Positions 16,140 through 21,271 of a stretch of DNA of 21,271 nt are shown here, piece after piece (the first letter of the stretch is position 1; each line of letters opens with the position of its first letter). Under the pieces are notes generated by a model that did no database searches, was not told the origin of the DNA, and saw only the letters and a list, made by a program, of their open reading frames with translations. The position numbers and the translations under genes are program-made. Origin of the DNA: Chlamydiota bacterium (GTDB taxonomy: Bacteria; Chlamydiota; Chlamydiia; Chlamydiales; SM23-39); assembly GCA_039179045.1 (NCBI GenBank), contig JBCDEZ010000025.1, positions 1-21,271 of the forward strand, written 5' to 3'.

Positions 16140-16505
16140 TCAAGAGAGAGGAAGATCGGTAGATGAGGTATTGAAGTCAAGATCGATGATCTTCCCGTCG
16201 GCAAAGAGGCGCTCAATCTGGTACTTAGCGCGCATCTCCGGTAGAAAGATATGGACCATGACCGGGTAAAAGTCGAGGACGATCCAGTCTCCTTCATCCA
16301 GACCTTCGACAAACAGAGGCATCTCCCCTACGCTTTTCATTTCCCGGCAAATCTCCTGTGCAATCGAGCGCGCGTGCTGCTCTACATTCGCCTCTGCAAT
16401 AAGGAGCTTTTCTGCAATTGAACAAAGCCCTCGCACATCGAGAGCCAAAATATTGCTGCCTTTTTTGTCGTAAATGATTTGCGCAATGCGCTCTACTATC
16501 TCCAT
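16140..16505 (-). CDS. rsfS: Ribosome silencing factor RsfS (Iojap)
   Basis: Motifs DKKGSNILALDV, WIVLDF..VMVHIF, RAKYQIERLF. Lies next to nadD, a common arrangement. Confidence 0.95.
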   Translation of the reverse strand: MEIVERIAQIIYDKKGSNILALDVRGLCSIAEKLLIAEANVEQHARSIAQEICREMKSVGEMPLFVEGLDEGDWIVLDFYPVMVHIFLPEMRAKYQIERLFADGKIIDLDFNTSSTDLPLS

Positions 16506-16509
16506 ACCT

Positions 16510-17103
16510 TCAATATAGCCGTTGTGTGTTGATGTATTGTATCACTTCGCGAGGCACCAAGTGCTCTACAGAAAGCCCTTGCCTGAGACGACTGCGTACA
16601 TCCGTACTCGAGATGGCCATCTGCCGGGAGAGAATGCTACCTCGCTTGAAAAGCGCCTGCCAAGAGTGTGGGAGCCGCGAGGGCTCTTTCTTCTTCGGAG
16701 AAGAGATCACAAGCGGACTTGCGCAAGAAAGAATCTCATCGGGCTCCTTCCAATTGGAAAATCCCTCTACGAGTTCCTCAGACAAGATAAAATACCATTT
16801 CCCCTCTTTTTCTTTCCGGCACTGACGTAAGGTATCTATCGTATAGGAGAGCCCCTTCCTCTCGACTTCCTTGCTCGATGCACTCCAAGGAAGAGGGATC
16901 CGAAGGAGAGCGAGCTCCACCATCTTGAACCGATCGGCAGCCGAAGCTCTAGGGGGCGTTTTCTCCTTATGAGGAGAACAGTACGCAGGCACAATCTCGA
17001 TTTTCTCCAAAGGAACACTCTCCCAAACATCGAATAGCAAGGAGATATGTCCGAAGTGTATGGGATCGAAACTCCCTCCAAAAAGAGCGCAACCCCTCCT
17101 CAT
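16510..17103 (-). CDS. nadD: Nicotinate-nucleotide adenylyltransferase
   Basis: Motifs FGGSFDPIHFGH, SPHK, SYTIDTL, ISSTDVR. ATG 17103 in an ATGA overlap with the HAD gene stop. Confidence 0.95.
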   Translation of the reverse strand: MRRGCALFGGSFDPIHFGHISLLFDVWESVPLEKIEIVPAYCSPHKEKTPPRASAADRFKMVELALLRIPLPWSASSKEVERKGLSYTIDTLRQCRKEKEGKWYFILSEELVEGFSNWKEPDEILSCASPLVISSPKKKEPSRLPHSWQALFKRGSILSRQMAISSTDVRSRLRQGLSVEHLVPREVIQYINTQRLY

Positions 17104-17771
17104 AATACCTGCCAGCCTCTTTTTCGGGAAAGAGCGCGCAAGCGGCGGTCGGGGCGAATCAAGCGCACCTCTCCCAATTGATTGAGCAGGGGAAGATCTT
17201 CGATACTGTCTGAAAAACCGAGGGTATGGTTCTTGGAAATTGCGAGCTCTCGGCAAAGACTTTCCACAAACTGTCTTTTTTGCTCTCCATACATCGTCTT
17301 CGCAATGGCAGAAAAGTGACCTGCACTGTTTAGGTGATAGGTGGATCCTCGGGCTCTTGCAATTCCAAACTTTTCCGCAAAAAGAGAGACGAGGAAGTGG
17401 GGAGAGGTAGAAAGAAGGAGTGTCTCTTCTCCCCGCCTCTTAGCATTTTCCAGCTCCAAGAGCATCTTGGGACAAAACAAGCGGGAAAATTCCCGATCGG
17501 CAAAGTTCCTGGCCAGTTCCTCGAAATCCCTCTGGTTTTTTCCCTCCAAAAAGGCTTGAAAAGCCCGAGTGTGCAAAAGGGGTAAGGAAACAAGGCCCCA
17601 TCCTCTGCCGATTCGGTACCATCCTACTTGCAAGAGGGCTTTCTTTGCGAAAAAACCCCGTTCTACGAGATAGAAAAAAAATTGCATGCTGCTATTTTTG
17701 CGCAGGAGCGTATGGTCTAAATCAAAAATAGAAAGGAAGGGGAGAGCTCTAGTCGTGATCGGTTTGTGCAA
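17100..17771 (-). CDS. HAD-IB family phosphatase (SerB-like), substrate unknown
   Basis: Motif I FDLDHTL, motif II LLSTS, Lys in GEQK, motif IV SDSIEDLPLL. Confidence 0.88.
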   Translation of the reverse strand: MHKPITTRALPFLSIFDLDHTLLRKNSSMQFFFYLVERGFFAKKALLQVGWYRIGRGWGLVSLPLLHTRAFQAFLEGKNQRDFEELARNFADREFSRLFCPKMLLELENAKRRGEETLLLSTSPHFLVSLFAEKFGIARARGSTYHLNSAGHFSAIAKTMYGEQKRQFVESLCRELAISKNHTLGFSDSIEDLPLLNQLGEVRLIRPDRRLRALSRKRGWQVL

Positions 17772-19290
17772 TCTGCTCTTCTAAGGTTTCAATGACCGCA
17801 TCGATACTCTGCAAGCGGCGCTTTTCACTGTCTACTTGTTCTTGATAATGCATGGCCATTTGAAAGTCAAAGCCTGAGCGCCCCTTTTTCCGCCTCTCAT
17901 CTTCTAATGTTTGCTTGCTCTTGCGGCGCATCTTTTGGGCGAGATGCAGCAAACTCTCGCAGCTCTCGAGAGAACCGGTCTTTTTTTGGATATTTTGTAC
18001 CTTGTCGCGCAAAGTCGCATCAATCCACTCTTGCAAGGGGAGTAAAAGAGTGCGAAGACGTCTATTTTCTCCATAAGAAGCGGGGGCTTTTTCCACCTGC
18101 CTTTGCAGCTGTTCAAAGCGATCGTACGCATCTTCAAAAGGCATTGCCTGTTTGCTCTCGGACAAAGAAAGAATTTTCTGATCAAATAGAGTGGTTTTTT
18201 GCCCTTCTCTTGCGTCTTGTTTTGCGGATGGAGCCTTGTATTCAGTGTAGCCCAAGGCGCTTTCGATCTCTTGGCGATCCTCTTTGAAGAGCTCTTTTGT
18301 ACGAAGCATCTGGTTGATATCACGCCGTTTTTTAGAGCGCTCTTCAGACGAGAGACTCGAGCCTTCCTTGAGGCGGGCAACTACTTCGAGTATTTCCATC
18401 TTTTTTTGATGCGATTCGAATTTACGCTTTGCCGCCCTCTCCTTATGCACTTTTTGCTTGCGCTTGATCTCATCCCAAAAGGCGCCGAGTATCGTTCTTG
18501 TTTGCATGAATGTATCTGAGGTAAGCGTCAAATTCTTCGCAAGAGCTTGCAATTCTTTGATTTTCTCTTTCAATACGTAGAAAGGCTTTTTTGTATCTTC
18601 TACAAAGTATTCTGTCGTAAAAGCTCCTAGATCTTCGTGAAAACGGGCAGAGAGAGACTCCATCAAGGATTGTCGAGAAGGCAATACTTTTTGTGCCACC
18701 AAGGAGAGTCTTTTTAGGAGAGTATTCTTGTGCTTCATGCGCATAGCAGTCCGCAGCAGCTCTGCACGAAGCGCCCCGATCCGGACAAAAAAGCGATTGA
18801 GAAGAGCGAGCTCTTTTTGCTTTTCTTCGTAAAAGGATCGCTCCCCTGTCCATTCCTCCACCCAAGGCAAGCAGATCTCTTCTTCTTGCAAAAGAGACGC
18901 ATAGTTTTCGAGTTCTTTTTCCATCTCTTCGATAGCAAGAGCAATCTGCTCTACATCGAATTTTGCCTGTTCCTCGAAAAATGTTTGCAATTTGCGCGCT
19001 TCTTGGGAGAGAAATACAAATCTCTCCCAAAGCTCAGAGCGCACCTCCGGAGAGAGTCTCTCTTTCAGGGTCTTGAGAGCTAAGCCACGCAGATCCCAAA
19101 ATTTCTGGAAAAAGGGAGTGTCTCTCTGCTCAAGAGCCTCGTGCATGTGGGATAAAAGGAATTGCATTTTCTCAGCCGGGGTCCTCTGCTCTTCCCAATG
19201 CTGTGGCAAATCGGGATACTTTGACAAAACGTGCTCTTGCAGAGCCGGTTTTTCTTTTAGAGGATTCATTGCGTTTTCTTTTCCGTCCAT
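17749..19290 (-). CDS. Coiled-coil hypothetical protein (positionally CT768-like), 513 aa
   Basis: Long E/K/R/L-rich helical ORF with AGAGGG RBS. Lies between miaA and rsfS as in recalled chlamydial gene order. Confidence 0.85.
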   Translation of the reverse strand: MDGKENAMNPLKEKPALQEHVLSKYPDLPQHWEEQRTPAEKMQFLLSHMHEALEQRDTPFFQKFWDLRGLALKTLKERLSPEVRSELWERFVFLSQEARKLQTFFEEQAKFDVEQIALAIEEMEKELENYASLLQEEEICLPWVEEWTGERSFYEEKQKELALLNRFFVRIGALRAELLRTAMRMKHKNTLLKRLSLVAQKVLPSRQSLMESLSARFHEDLGAFTTEYFVEDTKKPFYVLKEKIKELQALAKNLTLTSDTFMQTRTILGAFWDEIKRKQKVHKERAAKRKFESHQKKMEILEVVARLKEGSSLSSEERSKKRRDINQMLRTKELFKEDRQEIESALGYTEYKAPSAKQDAREGQKTTLFDQKILSLSESKQAMPFEDAYDRFEQLQRQVEKAPASYGENRRLRTLLLPLQEWIDATLRDKVQNIQKKTGSLESCESLLHLAQKMRRKSKQTLEDERRKKGRSGFDFQMAMHYQEQVDSEKRRLQSIDAVIETLEEQIAQTDHD

Positions 19291-19329
19291 AGGACCCTCT
19301 TTACCTATTTTAAAGGTTGGAAGAACAAA

Positions 19330-19357
19330 ATCTTAGGGCAACAACTTTTTTAAGCAA
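19330..19357 (-). promoter_or_regulatory. Possible internal promoter for the coiled-coil gene
   Basis: Minus strand TTGCTT (19357-19352), N16, TAAGAT (19335-19330). Confidence 0.3.
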
Positions 19358-19375
19358 AGGATTTTTCCTCTTTGC

Positions 19376-20410
19376 CTAACCGCCCAAAGCCCCTTGTTCA
19401 TAATCTTGCAAAATGCATTCCAATGTGTGCTTTTTCGCATAGCTCTCCAAAGACAGGGGACGGAAATGGGGATCTTTACGAAACCATGTACACTGTTTTC
19501 TCGCATATTGGCACGATGCCTTTTTAAACTGATAGACAAAAAAGGCGAAATCTTCGCTTGTCTGTGCTGTTTCCAAGAACGCTAGAGCCTGCCTGTATCC
19601 GATAGCCTTTGCGGCTAAAGGATTCTCGGCCAAACCTTCTTGCTTGAGGGAGCGCACCTCTTTTAAGAATCCTTTTTCGAGCATTTCTGCGCACCGCTCC
19701 TCAATTCGATGGTAGAGGGTCTCTAGAGGATATTGCAAAAACCAGAGCCGAAAATCATAGAGGTCATTTTTAACAACAAAAGAACGCTTGAATGCGGTTA
19801 CCTTCTTTTCGGAAAGAGTCATGATTTCCAAGGCGCGAATGATTTTATGCCGGTCGTTTTCGGTGATACTTTTCGCATATTCGGGATCGAGCAGCTGCAC
19901 CTGTTCGTACATGGACGAACAGCCAATTTCTTCCATTTTTTTTTCAAGCTTGCCCCGCACCACGGGATCTGACTTGGGTCCCAAGGGAGGGCCATACAGG
20001 AGGGATTGGAGGTAGAAGCCGGCGCCCCCCACAACAATCGGCACGTTACCTCGAGAAGTAATCTCGCGCATAGCTTGCTCGGCCATCGCAAAATAGTGCA
20101 TCACATTGAAGGGCTCTTGGATATCCACCACATCGATTAGGTGATGGGGAATATTTTGCCGGACTTCTTGCGCCACTTTCGCCGTTCCAATGTCCATTTT
20201 GCGGTAGACCTGCATCGAATCGGCAGAAATGATTTCCCCTCCCAAAAGCTTCGCAAGCTCGAGAGAAAGCTCCGTTTTGCCCACAGCGGTGGGGCCGGCA
20301 AGGACGATCACTTTTTTTTTCGCACCAAAAAGAGGAAGCTTCTCAAAAAGAGGTAGGTAAAGACCTGCCAACAACTTTTGTAGGTTGGCTTTCGGAAGAA
20401 TGTTGCTCAT
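19376..20410 (-). CDS. miaA: tRNA dimethylallyltransferase
   Basis: Motifs GPTAVGKT, ISADSMQVY..MDIGTAK, PHHLID, AIGYRQ, YARKQCTWF. Confidence 0.98.
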   Translation of the reverse strand: MSNILPKANLQKLLAGLYLPLFEKLPLFGAKKKVIVLAGPTAVGKTELSLELAKLLGGEIISADSMQVYRKMDIGTAKVAQEVRQNIPHHLIDVVDIQEPFNVMHYFAMAEQAMREITSRGNVPIVVGGAGFYLQSLLYGPPLGPKSDPVVRGKLEKKMEEIGCSSMYEQVQLLDPEYAKSITENDRHKIIRALEIMTLSEKKVTAFKRSFVVKNDLYDFRLWFLQYPLETLYHRIEERCAEMLEKGFLKEVRSLKQEGLAENPLAAKAIGYRQALAFLETAQTSEDFAFFVYQFKKASCQYARKQCTWFRKDPHFRPLSLESYAKKHTLECILQDYEQGALGG

Positions 20411-20425
20411 AACAAGAGTTCACAA

Positions 20426-20767
20426 CTAGCCCACAGCTTGCAAGGCTTCCTGTTCATTTTTGCAAATTTTCAAAACACGCTCGAAACCAGCCATTTTGAT
20501 GATATCCAGTGCATCATCATGGATCGAGAACACCACAAACCGTCCCCCCTGAGCTCGCAGTTTTTTCGTCGTTGACAAAAGGAGCCGAAGGCCTGCGGAG
20601 CTCAAATACTCAACATTTGTAAAATCGGCTAGGATTTTCGTTCCCTCTGGTTTCATAAGCTGGTGGATTTTTTGCTCCACCGCTCCAATAGTTACGGTGT
20701 CTAGCCGGCCATGGATCCGTAGGATATACGTACTTTCAATCTCTTCCACGTCCACTTGTATGTTCAT
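20426..20767 (-). CDS. rsbV: STAS-domain anti-sigma factor antagonist (RsbV2-like)
   Basis: Motifs GRLD, DFTNVEYLSSAGLRLLL (phospho-acceptor Ser), IIKMAGF. Confidence 0.92.
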   Translation of the reverse strand: MNIQVDVEEIESTYILRIHGRLDTVTIGAVEQKIHQLMKPEGTKILADFTNVEYLSSAGLRLLLSTTKKLRAQGGRFVVFSIHDDALDIIKMAGFERVLKICKNEQEALQAVG

Positions 20768-20773
20768 AAATCT

Positions 20774-21007
20774 CTATTCCTGCATAATTTCTAATTGAAT
20801 TTTCCGTTCAATCCGCGCCCCAATGGACGTAGCAATGGTGCGAAGAGAGTGGATTACCTTCCCTTTCCTACCGACAATAATTCCCACATCTTCTGGAGCC
20901 ACACGGATATGGACAAGAGACTTTTTGGGCTCTTCTTTCACGGTAATTTCTACGCTATCTGGCTGATTCACAATATTTTTAACTAAGTATTCGATAAAAT
21001 CTTTCAC
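20774..21007 (-). CDS. khpA: KH-domain RNA-binding protein KhpA (UPF0109), 77 aa
   Basis: MKDFIEYLVKNIVNQPDSV...DVGIIVGRKGKVIHSLRT with a GxxG loop. GTG start at 21007 with GAGG RBS. The ORF-track extension to 21238 is probably not translated. Confidence 0.9.
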   Translation of the reverse strand: MKDFIEYLVKNIVNQPDSVEITVKEEPKKSLVHIRVAPEDVGIIVGRKGKVIHSLRTIATSIGARIERKIQLEIMQE

Positions 21008-21271
21008 ATATACCTCTTGTTCTAGCATACCGTCATTTAGGGCAAAGATAAGAACATGCCCTTCTTGCTTGACGAAACACTCTCTTATTCGGCCAAGTTC
21101 CCATTTTAACGCAACGAAACTATTTTTACAGCTTAAAGAATGGATCTGGCCTCTTATTCCCCGATTTATGCTAGGCCGTTGTTTTATCTCCAGGAAAAGT
21201 TGCCTTTCAGAAAAAGTTCTCAATCGGTATTGAAGCAAAAACGGCCTTTTTTTATAAAAACAAGAAATTTA

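Noticed and set aside
3225..20986. Many 60-190 aa antisense or alternate-frame ORFs in the track (e.g. 7910-8476, 11500-12054, 13722-14267, 14196-14720, 18470-19030)
   Set aside because: They overlap well-supported genes and carry no recognisable motifs, as expected for shadow ORFs.
21008..21238. 77-aa N-terminal extension of KhpA
   Set aside because: GTG 21007 has a good RBS and gives the canonical KhpA length. The extension reads like intergenic sequence.
1..21271. CRISPR array, tRNA, rRNA, integron, retron or other defence system
   Set aside because: I found no regularly spaced direct repeats, no tRNA T-loop or cloverleaf pattern, and no cas, reverse transcriptase, integrase or nuclease motifs. 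The only recombinase-type sequence is the dead IS630 transposase.

Overview
Mostly housekeeping DNA from a member of the Chlamydiota, probably an environmental lineage rather than Chlamydiaceae. This is inferred from gene order resembling the C. trachomatis CT763-CT782 region as I recall it, plus nadD, an IS630 remnant and a fused aas. Bases 1-3200 are a small accessory patch: the end of an upstream ORF, small palindromic/MITE-like repeats (two diverged copies flank a 241-aa orphan membrane protein gene), and a decayed IS630 with recognisable terminal inverted repeats. On the + strand follow ftsY, a conserved hypothetical gene, priA and lysS. Converging on these from the - strand are khpA, rsbV, miaA, a coiled-coil hypothetical gene, a HAD phosphatase, nadD, rsfS, fabF, a NUDIX hydrolase, bioY, aas and cysS. 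Two small + strand ORFs lie between aas and bioY. I see no CRISPR array, rRNA, tRNA or defence system, and no clearly new multi-gene system. The best leads are the three-domain Aas (acyltransferase, internal ACP, acyl-ACP synthetase), the repeat family flanking the orphan gene, the two small ORFs (one absent from the ORF track), and an inverted repeat bracketing the putative fabF promoter. All calls come from reading the sequence and recognising motifs; no searches were run.
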